Source: Eledone cirrhosa
Lineage: Eukaryota
DNA: 64,000 nucleotides
Direction: 5' to 3'
Assembly (NCBI GenBank): GCA_964016885.1
Contig: OZ024744.1
Span: 124,434,001 to 124,498,000, forward strand
Below are positions 15,001-30,000 of this stretch, in pieces; the first letter of the stretch is position 1, and every line of letters begins with the position of its first letter. Below the pieces are notes generated by a model, which was given only the letters and a program-made list of their open reading frames with translations, was not told where the DNA came from and did not search any database. A program made the translations under genes and the position numbers.

Positions 15001-18000
15001 CTGGGTACTTTTTGTGATGACACCTACATGACCACTTTACTGTGTGTACTAGGTACTTTTTGTCATTACACTTACATTACTAGTTTACAGTGTGTACTGG
15101 GTACTATTTGTCATGAGACTACATGACCACTTTACAGTGTGTACTGGGTGCTTGTTGTTGTGGCACCTACATGACTACTTTAAAGTATGCACTGGGTACT
15201 TTTTGTTGTAAAACCTACATGACCATTTTACAGTGTGTAATAGGTACTTTTTATCATGACACCTTCATAACCACTTTACAGTATGTACTGGGTACTTTTT
15301 GTTGTGACACCTACATGACCACTTTACAGTGTGTACTGGGTACTTTTTGTTGGGACACCTACATGACCACTTTACAGTGTGTACTGGGTACTTTTAGTTG
15401 TGACACCTACATGACCACTTTCCAGTGTTTACTGAGTATTTTTTGTAATGACACCTACATGACCACTTTACAGTGTGTACTGGGTACTTTTTGTTGTGAC
15501 ACCTACATGACTAATTTACAATGTGTACTGGGTACTTCTTTTTGTGCCACCTACATGACTACTTTACAGTGTGTACTGGGTACTATTTGTCATGACACCT
15601 ACATGACCACTTTACTGTGTGTACTTGGGACTTTTGGTTGTGACACCTACATGACCACTTTACTGTGTGTACTTGGGACTTTTGGTTGTGACACCTACAT
15701 GACCACTTTACAGTGTGGACTGGGTGCTTTTTGAGGTGACAAACTAATGACTACTTTACAGTGTGTACTGGGTACTTTTTGTTGTGACACCTACATGACC
15801 ACTTTACAGTCTGTACTGGGTACTTTTTGTTGTGCCATCTACATGACCACTTTACAGTGTGTACTGGATACTTTTTGTCATGACACCTACATGACCACTT
15901 TACAGTATGTACTGGGTACTTGTGGTGCCACTTACATGACTACTTTACAGTGTGTACTGGGTACTATTTGTCATGACACATACATGACCACTTTACAGTG
16001 TGTACTGGGTACTTGTTGTTGGGCCACCTACATGACTACTTTACAGTGTGTACTGGGTACTATTTGTCAGGACCCCTACATGACCACTTTACAGTGTGGA
16101 TGGGTACTTTTTCTCATGACACCTTCATAACCACTTTACAGTATGTACTGAGTAAATTTTATTGTGACACCTACATGACCACTTTACAGTGTGGACTGGG
16201 TACTTTTTGTCATGATGCCTTCATGACCACTTTACAGTGTGTACTGGGTACTTTTTGTTGTGACACCTACATGACCACTTTACAGTGTGGACTGGGTAAT
16301 TTTTGTTGTGACACCTACATGACCACTTTACAGTGTGTACTGGGTACTTTTTGTTGTGACACCTACATGACCACTTTACAGTGTGTACTGGGTACTTTTT
16401 GTTGTGACACCTACATGACCACTTTACAGTGTGTACTGGGTACTTTTTGTTGTGACACCTACATGACCACTTTACAGTGTGTACTGGGTACTTTTTTGTT
16501 GTGACACCTACATGACTACATTACAGTGTGTACTGGGTACTTATTGTTGTGACACCTACATGACTACTTTACTGTGTGTACTGGGTACTTTTTGTTGTGC
16601 CACCTACAGGACCACTTTACAGTGTGTACTGGGTACTTTTTGTCATAACACCTACATGACCATTTTACAGTATGTACTGGGTACTTGTTATGACACCTAC
16701 ATGACTACTTTACAGTGTGTACTGGGTACTTTTTCTCATGACACCTTCATAACCACTTTACAGTATGTACTGAGTAATTTTTGTTGTGCCACCTACATGA
16801 CTACTTTACAGTGTGTACTGGGTACTATTTGTCATGACGCCTACATGACCACTTTACTGTGTGTACTGGGGACTTTTTGTTGTGACACCTACATGACCAC
16901 TTTACTGTGTGTACTGGGTACTTTTTGTAGTGACAAACTAATGACTACTTTACAGTGTGGACTGAGTAATTTATGTCATGACACCTACGTGACCACACAA
17001 TGTAGACTGGGTACTTTTTGTCATAACACCTACATGACCACTTTACAGTATGTACTGGGTACTTGTTATGACACCTACATGACTACTTTACAGTGTGTAC
17101 TGGGTACTTTTTGTCATGACACCTTCAAGACCACTTTACAGTATGTACTGGGTACTTTTTGTTTTGACACCTACATGACCACTTAACAGTGTGTACTGGG
17201 TACCTTTTGTTGTGACATCTATATAACCACTTTACAGTGTGGAAAGGGTACTTTTTGTTGTGACACCTACATGACCACTTTACAGTGTGGAATGGGTACT
17301 TTTTGTTGTGACACCTACATGACCACTTTACAGTGTGGAATGGGTACTTTTTGTTGTGACACCTACATGACCACTTTACAGTGTATACTCGGTACTTTTT
17401 GTTGTGACACCTATATGACCACTTTCCAGTGTTTACTGGGTATTTGTTGTCATGACACCTACATGACCACTTTACAGTGTGTACTGGGTATTTTTTATGA
17501 TGACACCTACATGACCACTTTACAGTGTGTACTGGGTACTTTTTGTTGTGACACCTACATGACCACTTTACAGTGTGTACTGGGTACTTTTTGTCATGAC
17601 ACCTTCATGACCACTTTACTGAGTGTACTGGGTACTTTTTGTTGTGACACCTACATGACTACTTTACAGTGTGTACTGGGTACTATTTGTCATGAGACTA
17701 CATGACCACTTTACAGTGTGTACTGGGTCCTTGTTGTTGTGCCACCTACATGACTACTTTACAGTATGCACTGGGTACTTTTTGTCGTAAAACCTACATG
17801 ACCACTTTACAGTGTGGAATAGGTACTTTTTATCATGACACCTTCAGCACCACTTTACAGTATGTACTGGGTACTTTTTGTTGTGACACCTACATGACCA
17901 CTTTACAGTGTGTACTGGGTACTTTTTGTTGCGACATCTATATGACCACTTTACAGTGTGGAATGGGTACTTTTTGTTGTGACACCTACATGACCACATT

Positions 18001-21000
18001 ACAGTGTGTACTGGGTACTTTTTGTTGTGACACCTACATGACCACTCTACAGTGTGTACTGGGTCCTTTTTGTTGTGACATCTATATAACCACTTTACAG
18101 TGTGGAATGGGTACTTTTTGTTGTGACACCTATATAACCACTTTACAGTGTGGAATGGGTACTTTTTGTTGTGACACCTACATGACCACTTTACAGTGTA
18201 TACTCGGTACTTTTTATTGTGACACCTACATGACCACTTTCCAGTGTTTACTGGGTATTTTTTATAATGACACCTACATTACCACTTTACAGTGTGTACT
18301 GGGTTCTTTTTGTTGTGACACCTACATCACCACTTTACAGTGTGTACTGGGTACTTTTTGTTGTGACACCTACATGACCACTTTACAGTGTGGACTGGGT
18401 ACTTTTTGTTGTGACACCTACATGACCACTTTACTGTGTGTACTGGGTACTTTTTGTTGTGACACGTACATGACCACTTTACCGTGTGGACTGGGTACAT
18501 TTTGCTGTGACACCTAGATGACCACACATTGTAGACTGGGTACTTTTTGTCATAACACCTACATGACCGCTTTACAGTATGTACTGGGTACTTGTTGTGC
18601 CACCTACATGTCTACTTTACAGTGTGTACTGGGTACTTGTTGTGCCACCTACATGACTACTTTACAGTGTGTACTGGGTACTTGTTGTGCCACCTACATG
18701 TCTACTTTACAGTGTGTACTGGGTACTTGTTGTGCCACCTACATGACCACTTTACAGTGTGGCATGGGTACTTTCTCACATGACACCTTCATAACCACTT
18801 TACAGTATGTACTGAGTAAGTTTTGTTGTGACACCTACATGACCACTTTACAGTGTGTACTGGGTACTTTTTGTCATGACACCTTCATAACCCTTTACAG
18901 TGTGTACTGGGTATTTTGTGTTGTGACACCTACATGACCACTTTACAGTGTGGACTGGGTAGTTTTTGTTGTGACCCCTACATGACCACTTTACAGTGTG
19001 TACTGGGTACTTTTTGTTGTGACACCTACATGACCACTTTACAGTGTGTACTGGGTACTTTTTGTTGTGACACCTAGATGACCACTTTACAGTGTGTACT
19101 GGGTAATTTTTGTTGTGCCAACTACATGACCACTTTACCGTGTGGATTGGGTACATTTTGTTGTGACACCTACATGACCACTTTACAGTGTGTACTGGGT
19201 ACTTTTTGTTGTGACACCTACATGACCACTTTACTGTGTGTACTGGGTACTTTTTGTCGTGACACCTACATGACTACTTTACAGTGTGGACTGGGTAATT
19301 TATGTCATGACACCTACATGACCACACTGTGTAGACTGGGTACTTTTTGTCATAACACCTACATGACCATTTTACAGTATGTACTGGGTACTTGTTGTGC
19401 CCCCTACATGACTACTTTACAATGTGTACTGGGTACTATTTGTCATGACACCTACATGACCACTTTACTGTGTGTACTGGGGACTTTTTGTTGTGACACC
19501 TACATGACCACTTTACAGTGTGTACTGGGTACTTGTTGTGACACCTACATGACTACTTTACAGTGTGTACTGGGTACTTTTTGTCATGACACCTTCATGA
19601 CCACTTTACAGTATGTACTGGGTACTTTTTGTTGTGACACCTACATGACTACTTTACAGTGTGTACTGGGTACTTTTTGTTGTGACACCTACATGACCAC
19701 TTTACAGTGTGTACTGGGTACTTTTTGTTGTGACATCTATATAACCACTTTACAGTGGGGAAAGGGTACTTTTTGTTGTGACACCTACATGACCACTTTA
19801 CAGTGTGTACTGGGTGCTTTTTGTTGTGAGACCTACATGACCACTTTACAGTGTGGAATGGGTACTTTTTGTTGTGACACCTACATGACCACTTTACAGT
19901 GTGTACTGGGTAGTTTTTGTTGGGACACCTACATGACCACTTTACAGTGTATACTCGGTCCTTTTTGTTGTGACACCTATATGACCACTTTCCAGTGTTT
20001 AGTGGGCATTTGTTGTCATGACACCTACATGACCACTTTACAGTGTGTACTGGGTATTTTTTATAATGACACCTACATGACCACTTTACAGTGTGTACTG
20101 GGTACTTTTTGTTGTGACACCTACATGACCACTTTACAGTGTGTACTGGGTACTTTTTTTTGTGACACCTACATGACCACTTTACAGTGTGTACTGGGTA
20201 CTTTTTGTTGTGACACCTACATGACCACTTTACAGTGTGTACTGGATACGTTTTGTCATGACACCTACATGACCACTTTAGTGTGTGTACTGGGTACTTT
20301 TTGTTGTGCCACCTACATGACCACTTTACAGTGTGTACTGGATACTTTTTGTCATGACACCTTCATGAGCACTTTACAGTGTGGACTGGGTACTTTTTGT
20401 TGTGACACCTACATGACCACTTTACAGTGTGTACTGGATACTTTTTGTCATGACACCTACATGACGACTTTACTGAGTGTACTGGGTAATTTTTGTTGTG
20501 ACACCTACATGACTACTTTACAGTGTGGACTTGGTACTTTGTCTTGTGACACCTACATGACTACTTTGCAGTGTGGATTGGGTACTTATTGTGATGACAC
20601 CTACATGACCACTTTACTGTGTGTAGTGGGGACTTTCTGTTGTGACACCTACCTGACCACACAGTGTAGACTGGGTACTTTTTGTCATAACACCTACATT
20701 ACCACTTTACAGTATGTACTGGGTACTTGTTGTGCCACCTACATGACTACTTTACAGTGTGTACTGGGTACTTTTTGTTGTGACACCTACATGACCACTT
20801 TCCAGTGTTTACTGGGTACTATTTGTCATGACACCTACATGACCACATTACAGTGTGTACTGGGTACTTTTTGTTGTTACACCTACATGACTACTTTACA
20901 GTGTGGAATCGGAACTTTTTATCATGACACCTTCATAACCACTTTACAGTATGTACTGAGTAATTTTTGTTGAGACACCTATATGACCACTTTACAGTGT

Positions 21001-24000
21001 GGAATGGGTACTTTTTGTCATGACACCTTCATGACCACTTTACAGTATGTACTGGGTACTTTTTGTTATGACACCTACATGACCACTTTACAGTGTGTAC
21101 TGGGTAATTTTTGTTGTGACATCTACATAACCACTTTACAGTTTGGAATGGGTACTTTTTGTTGTGACACCTACATGAGCACCTTACAGAGTGTACTGGG
21201 TACTTTTTGTTGGGACACCTACATGACCACTTTACAGTGTATACTCGGTACTTTTTATTGTGACACCTACATGACCACTTTCCAGTGTTTACTGGGTATT
21301 TTTTATAATGACACCTACATGACCACTTTACAGTGTGTACTGGGTACTTTTTGTTGTGACACCTACATCACCACTTTACAGTGTGGACTGGGTACTTTTT
21401 GTTGTGACACCTACATGACCACTTTACTGTGTGTACTGGGTACTTTTTGTTGTGACACCTACATGACCACTTTACCGTGTGGACTGGGTACATTTTGTTG
21501 TGACACCTAGATGACCACACATTGTAGACTGGGTACTTTTTGTCATAACACCTACATGACCGCTTTACAGTATGTACTGGGTACTTGTTGTGCCACCTAC
21601 ATGACTACTTTACAGTGTGTACTGGGTACTTGTTGTGCCACCTACATGACTACTTTACAGTGTGTACTGGGTACTTTTTGTGCCACCTACATGACTACTT
21701 TACAGTATGTACTGGGTACTTGTTGTGCCACCTACATGACTACTTTACAGTGTGTACTGGGTACTATTTGTCATGACACCTACATGACCACTTTACAGTG
21801 TAGCATGGGTACTTTCTCTCATGACACCTTCATAACCACTTTACAGTATGTAATGAGTAAGTTTTGTTGCGACACCTACATGACCACTTTACAGTGTGTA
21901 CTGGGTACTTTTTGTCATGACACCTTAATGACCCTTTACAGTGTGTACTGGGTATTTTGTGTTGTGACACCTACATGACCACTTTACAGTGTGGACTGGG
22001 TAGTTTTTGTTGTGACCCCTACATGACCACTTTACAGTGTGTACTGGATACTTTTTGTTGTGACACCTACATGACAACTTTACAGTGTGTACTGGGTACT
22101 TTTTGTTGTGCCACCTACATGACCACTTTACCGTGTGGACTGGGTACATTTTGTTGTGACACCTACATGACTACTTTACAGTGTGGACTGGGTAATTTAT
22201 GTCATGACACCTACTTGACCACACTGTGTAGACTGGGTACTTTATGTCATAACACCTACATGACCATTTTACAGTATGTACTGGGTACTTGTTGTGCCAC
22301 CTACATGACTACTTTACAGTGTGTACTTGGTACTATTTGTCATGACACCTACATGACCAGTTTACTGTGTGTACTGGGGACTTTTTGTTGTGACACCTAC
22401 ATGACCACTTTACTGTGTGTACTGGGTACTTTTTGTAGTGACAAACCAATGACTACTTTACAGTGTGGACTGGGTAATTTATGTCATGACACCTACATGA
22501 CCACACAGTGTAGACTGGGTACTTTTTGTCATAACACCTATATGACCACTTTACAGTATGTACTGGGTACTTGTTGTGACACCTACATGACTACTTTACA
22601 GTGTGTACTGGGTACTTTTTGTCATGACACCTTCATGACCACTTTACAGTATGTACTGGGTACTTTTTGTTGTGACACCTACATGACCACTTTACAGTGT
22701 GTACTGGGTACTTTTTGTTGTGACACCTACATGACCACTTTATATAACCACTTTACAGTGTGAAAAGGGTACTTTTTGTTGTGACACCTACATGACCACT
22801 TTACAGTGTGTACTGGGTAATTTTTGTTGTGACACCTATATGACCACTTTACAGTGTGGAATGGGTACTTTTTGTTGTGACACCTACATGACCACTTTAC
22901 AGTGTGTACTGGGTACTTTTTGTTGGGACGCCTACATAACCACTTTACAGTGTATACTCGGTACTTTTTGTTGTGACACCTATATGACCACTTTCCAGTG
23001 TTTACTGGGTATTTGTTGTCATGACACCTACATGACCACTTTACAGTGTGTACTGGGTATTTTTTATAATGACACCTACATGACCACTTTACAGTGTGTA
23101 CTGGGTACTTTTTGTTGTGACACCTACATGACCACTTTACAGTGTGTACTGGGTACTTTTTTTTGTGACACCTACATGACCACTTTACAGTGTGTACTGG
23201 GTACTTTTTGTTGTGACACCTACATGACCACTTTACAGTGTGTACTGGATACTTTTTGTCATGACACCTACATGACCACTTTACTGTGTGTACTGGGTAC
23301 TTTTTGTTGTGCCACCTACATGACCACTTTACAGTGTGTACTGGATACTTTTTGTCATGACACCTTCATGAGCACTTTACAGTGTGGACTGGGTACTTTT
23401 TGTTGTGACACCTACATGACCACTTTACAGTGTGTACTGGATACTTTTTGTCATGACACCTACATGACCACTCTACTGAGTGTACTGGGTACTTTTTGTT
23501 GTGACACCTACATGACTACTTTACAATGTGGACTGGGTACTTTGTCTTGTGACACCTACATGACTACTTTGCAGTGTGGATTGGGTACTTTTTGTGATGA
23601 CACCTACATGACCACTTTACTGTGTGTAGTGGGGACTTTCTGTTGTGACACCTACATGACCACACAGTGTAGACTAGGTACTTTTTGTCATAACACCTAC
23701 ATTACCACTTTACAGTATGTACTGGGTACTTGTTGTGCCACCTACATGACTACTTTACAGTGTGTACTGGTACTATTTGTCATGAGACTACATGACCACT
23801 TAACAGTGTGTACTGGGTGCTTGTTGTTGTGACACCTACATGACCACTTTACAGTGTGTACTGAGTACTTTTTGTTGTGACACCTACATGACTACTTTAC
23901 GGTGTGGACTGGGTACTTTGTCTTGTGACACCTACATGACGACTTTGCAATGTGGACTTTGTACTTTTCGTCATGACACCTACATGACAACACAGTGTAG

Positions 24001-27000
24001 ACTGGGTACTTTTTGTCATTTACACCTACATGACCACTTTACAGTATGTACTGGGTACTTGTTGTGCCACCTACATCACTACTTTACAGTGTGTACTGGG
24101 TGCTTGTTGTTGTGCCACCTACATGACTACTTTACAGTATGCATTGGGTACTTTTTGTTGTAAAACCTACATGACCACTTTACAGTGTGGAATAGGTACT
24201 TTTTATCATGACACCTTCATAACCACTTTACAGTATGTACTGAGTAATTTTTGTTGTGACACCTACATGACCACTTTACAGTTTGTACTGGCTACTTTTT
24301 GTCATGATACCTTCATGACCACTTTACAGTATGTACTGGGTAATTTTTGTTGTGACACCTACATGACCACTTTACAGTGTGTACTGGGTACTTTTTGTTC
24401 TGACATCTACATGACCACTTTACAGTGTGGAATGGGTACTTTTTGTGTGACACCTACATGACCACTTTCCAGTGTTTACTGGGTATTTTTTGTAATGACA
24501 CCTACATTACCACTTTACAGTGTGTACTGGGTACTTTTTGTCGTGACACCTACATGACTATTTTACAGTGTGTACTGGGTACTTTTTGTTGTGACACCTA
24601 CATGACCACGTTACAGTTTGTACTGGGTACTTTTTGTTGTGATACCTACATGACTACTTTACTGTGTGTACTGTGTACTTTTTTTTGTGACACCTACATG
24701 ACTACATTACAGTAGTGGATACTTTTTTTTGTGACACCTACATGACCACTTTACAGTGTGTACTTTTTGTTGTGACACCTATATGACTACTTTATAGTGT
24801 GGACTGGCAACTTTTTGTTGTGACACCTACGTAACCACTTTACAGTGTGTACTGTGTACTTTTTGTTGTAAAACCGATAATGACCACTTTACAGTGTGTA
24901 CTGGGTATTTTTTGTTGTGAGACCTACATAACCCCTTTCCAGTGTTTACTGGGTATTTTTTGTCATAACACCTACATGACCACTTTACAGTGTGTACTGG
25001 GTACTTTTTGTTGTGACACCTACATGATTCCTTTACAGTGTGTACTGGGTACTTTTTGTTGTGACGCCTACATGACCACTTTACAGTGTGTACTGGGTAC
25101 TTTTTGTCATTACACCTACATGACCACTTTACAGTAGGGACTGGGTACTTTTTGTTGTGACATCTACATGACCACTTCACAGTGTGGAATGGGTACTTTT
25201 TGTTGTGACACCTACATGACCACTTTACTGTGTGTACTGGGTACTTTTTGTCGTGACACCTACATGACTACTTTACAGTGTGGACTGGGTAATTTATGTC
25301 ATGACACCTACATGACCACACTGTGTCGACTGGGTACTTTATGTCATAACACCTACATGACCATTTTACAGTATGTACTGGGAACTTGTTGTGCCACCTA
25401 CATGACTACTTTACAGTGTGTACTTGGTACTATTTGTCATGACACCTACATGACCACTTTACTGTGTGTACTGGGGACTTTTTGTTGTGACACCTACATG
25501 ACCACTTTACTGTGTGTACTGGGTACTTTTTGTAGTGACAAACCAATGACTACTTTACAGTGTGGACTGGGTAATTTATGTCATGACACCTACATGACCA
25601 CACAGTGTGTACTGGATACTTTTTGTCATAACACCTACATGACCACTTTACAGTATGTACTGTGTACTTGTTGTGACACCTACATGACTACTTTACAGTG
25701 TGTACTGGGTACTTTTTGTCATGACACCTTCATGACCACTTTACAGTATGTACTGGGTACTTTTTGTTGTGACACCTACATGACCACTTTACAGTGTGTA
25801 CTGGGTACTTTTTGTTGTGACACCTACATGACCACTTTATATAACCACTTTACAGTGTGTACTGGGTACTTTTTGTTGTGACACCTATATGACCACTTTA
25901 CAGTGTGGAATGGGTACTTTTTGTTGTGACACCTACATGACCACTTTACAGTGTGTACTGGGTACTTTTTGTTGGGACACCTACATAACTACTTTACAGT
26001 GTATACTCGGTACTTTTTGTTGTGACACCTATATGACCACTTTCCAGTGTTTACTGGGTATTTGTTGTCATGACACCTACATGACCACTTTACAGTGTGT
26101 ACTGGGTATTTTTTATAATGACACCTACATGACCACTTTACAGTGTGTACTGGGTACTTTTTGTTGTTACACCTACATGACCACTTTACAGTGTGTACTG
26201 GGTACTTTTTTTTGTGACACCTACATGACCACTTTACAGTGTGTACTGGGTACTTTTTGTTGTGACACCTACATGACCACTTTACAGTGTGTACTGGATA
26301 CTTTTTGTCATGACACCTACATGACCACTTTACTGTGTGTACTGGGTACTTTTTGTTGTGCCACCTACATGACCACTTTACAGTGTGTACTGGATACTTT
26401 TTGTCATGACACCTTCATGAGCACTTTACAGTGTGGACTGGGTACTTTTTGTTGTGACACCTACATGACCACTTTACAGTGTGTACTGGATACTTTTTGT
26501 CATGACACCTACATGACCACTTTACTGAGTGTACTGGGTACTTTTTGTTGTGACACCTACATGACTACTTTACAGTGTGGACTGGGTACTTTGTCTTGTG
26601 ACACCTACATGACTACTTTGCAGTGTGGATTGGGTACTTTTTGTGATGACACCTACATGACCACTTTACTGTGTGTAGTGGGGACTTTCTGTTGTGACAC
26701 CTACATGACCACACAGTGTAGACTGGGTACTTTTTGTCATAACACCTACATTACCACTTTACAGTATGTACTGGGTACTTGTTGTGCCACCTACATGACT
26801 ACTTTACAGTGTGTACTGGTACTATTTGTCATGAGACTACATGACCACTTAACAGTGTGTACTGGGTGCTTGTTGTTGTGACACCTACATGACCACTTTA
26901 CAGTGTGTACTGAGTACTTTTTGTTGTGACACCTACATGACTACTTTACGGTGTGGACTGGGTACTTTGTCTTGTGACACCTACATGACGACTTTGCAAT

Positions 27001-30000
27001 GTGGACTTTGTACTTTTCGTCATGACACCTACATGACAACACAGTGTAGACTGGGTACTTTTTGTCATTTACACCTACATGACCACTTTACAGTATGTAC
27101 TGGGTACTTGTTGTGCCACCTACATTACTACTTTACAGTGTGTACTGGGTTCTTGTTGTTGTGCCACTTACATCACTACTTTACAGTGTGTACTGGGTGC
27201 TTGTTGTTGTGCCACCTACATGACTACTTTACAGTATGCATTGGGTACTTTTTGTTGTAAAACCTACATGACCACTTTACAGTGTGGAATAGGTACTTTT
27301 TATCATGACACCTTCATAACCACTTTACAGTATGTACTGAGTAATTTTTGTTGTGACACCTACATGACCACTTTACAGTTTGTACTGGCTACTTTTTGTC
27401 ATGATACCTTCATGACCACTTTACAGTATGTACTGGGTAATTTTTGTTGTGACACCTACATGACCACTTTACAGTGTGTACTGGGTACTTTTTGTTCTGA
27501 CATCTACATGACCACTTTACAGTGTGGAATGGGTACTTTTTGTGTGACACCTACATGACCACTTTCCAGTGTTTACTGGGTATTTTTTGTAATGACACCT
27601 ACATTACCACTTTACAGTGTGTACTGGGTACTTTTTGTCGTGACACCTACATGACTATTTTACAGTGTGTACTGGGTACTTTTTGTTGTGACACCTACAT
27701 GACCACGTTACAGTTTGTACTGGGTACTTTTTGTTGTGATACCTACATGACTACTTTACTGTGTGTACTGTGTACTTTTTTTTGTGACACCTACATGACT
27801 ACATTACAGTAGTGGATACTTTTTTTTGTGACACCTACATGACCACTTTACAGTGTGTACTTTTTGTTGTGACACCTATATGACTACTTTATAGTGTGGA
27901 CTGGCAACTTTTTGTTGTGACACCTACGTAACCACTTTACAGTGTGTACTGTGTACTTTTTGTTGTAAAACCGATAATGACCACTTTACAGTGTGTACTG
28001 GGTATTTTTTGTTGTGAGACCTACATAACCCCTTTCCAGTGTTTACTGGGTATTTTTTGTCATAACACCTACATGACCACTTTACAGTGTGTACTGGGTA
28101 CTTTTTGTTGTGACACCTACATGATTCCTTTACAGTGTGTACTGGGTACTTTTTGTTGTGACGCCTACATGACCACTTTACAGTGTGTACTGGGTACTTT
28201 TTGTCATTACACCTACATGACCACTTTACAGTAGGGACTGGGTACTTTTTGTTGTGACATCTACATGACCACTTCACAGTGTGGAATGGGTACTTTTTGT
28301 TGTGACACCTACATGACCACTTTACTGTGTGTACTGGGTACTTTTTGTCGTGACACCTACATGACTACTTTACAGTGTGGACTGGGTAATTTATGTCATG
28401 ACACCTACATGACCACACTGTGTCGACTGGGTACTTTATGTCATAACACCTACATGACCATTTTACAGTATGTACTGGGTACTTGTTGTGCCACCTACAT
28501 GACTACTTTAGAGTGTGTACTTGGTACTATTTGTCATGACACCTACATGACCACTTTACTGTGTGTACTGGGGACTTTTTGTTGTGACACCTACATGACC
28601 ACTTTACTGTGTGTACTGGGTACTTTTTGTAGTGACAAACCAATGACTACTTTACAGTGTGGACTGGGTAATTTATGTCATGACACCTACATGACCACAC
28701 AGTGTGTACTGGATACTTTTTGTCATAACACCTACATGACCACTTTACAGTATGTACTGTGTACTTGTTGTGACACCTACATGACTACTTTACAGTGTGT
28801 ACTGGGTACTTTTTGTCATGACACCTTCATGACCACTTTACAGTATGTACTGGGTACTTTTTGTTGTGACACCTACATGACCACTTTACAGTGTGTACTG
28901 GGTACTTTTTGTTGTGACACCTACATGACCACTTTATATAACCACTTTACAGTGTGTACTGGGTACTTTTTGTTGTGACACCTATATGACCACTTTACAG
29001 TGTGGAATGGGTACTTTTTGTTGTGACACCTACATGACCACTTTACAGTGTGTACTGGGTACTTTTTGTTGGGACACCTACATAACTACTTAAACAGTGT
29101 ATACTCGGTACTTTTTGTTGTGACACCTATATGACCACTTTCCAGTGTTTACTGGGTATTTGTTGTCATGACACCTACATGACCACTTTACAGTGTGTAC
29201 TGGGTATTTTTTATAATGACACCTACATGACCACTTTACAGTGTGTACTGGGTACTTTTTGTTGTTACACCTACATGACCACTTTACAGTGTGTACTGGG
29301 TACTTTTTTTTGTGACACCTACATGACCACTTTACAGTGTGTACTGGGTACTTTTTGTTGTGACACCTACATGACCACTTTACAGTGTGTACTGGATACT
29401 TTTTGTCATGACACCTACATGACCACTTTACTGTGTGTACTGGGTACTTTTTGTTGTGCCACCTACATGACCACTTTACAGTGTGTACTGGATACTTTTT
29501 GTCATGACACCTTCATGAGCACTTTACAGTGTGGACTGGGTACTTTTTGTTGTGACACCTACATGACCACTTTACAGTGTGTACTGGATACTTTTTGTCA
29601 TGACACCTACATGACCACTTTACTGAGTGTACTGGGTACTTTTTGTTGTGACACCTACATGACTACTTTACAGTGTGGACTGGGTACTTTGTCTTGTGAC
29701 ACCTACATGACTACTTTGCAGTGTGGATTGGGTACTTTTTGTGATGACACCTACATGACCACTTTACTGTGTGTAGTGGGGACTTTCTGTTGTGACACCT
29801 ACATGACCACACAGTGTAGACTGGGTACTTTTTGTCATAACACCTACATTACCACTTTACAGTATGTACTGGGTACTTGTTGTGCCACCTACATGACTAC
29901 TTTACAGTGTGTACTGGTACTATTTGTCATGAGACTACATGACCACTTAACAGTGTGTACTGGGTGCTTGTTGTTGTGACACCTACATGACCACTTTACA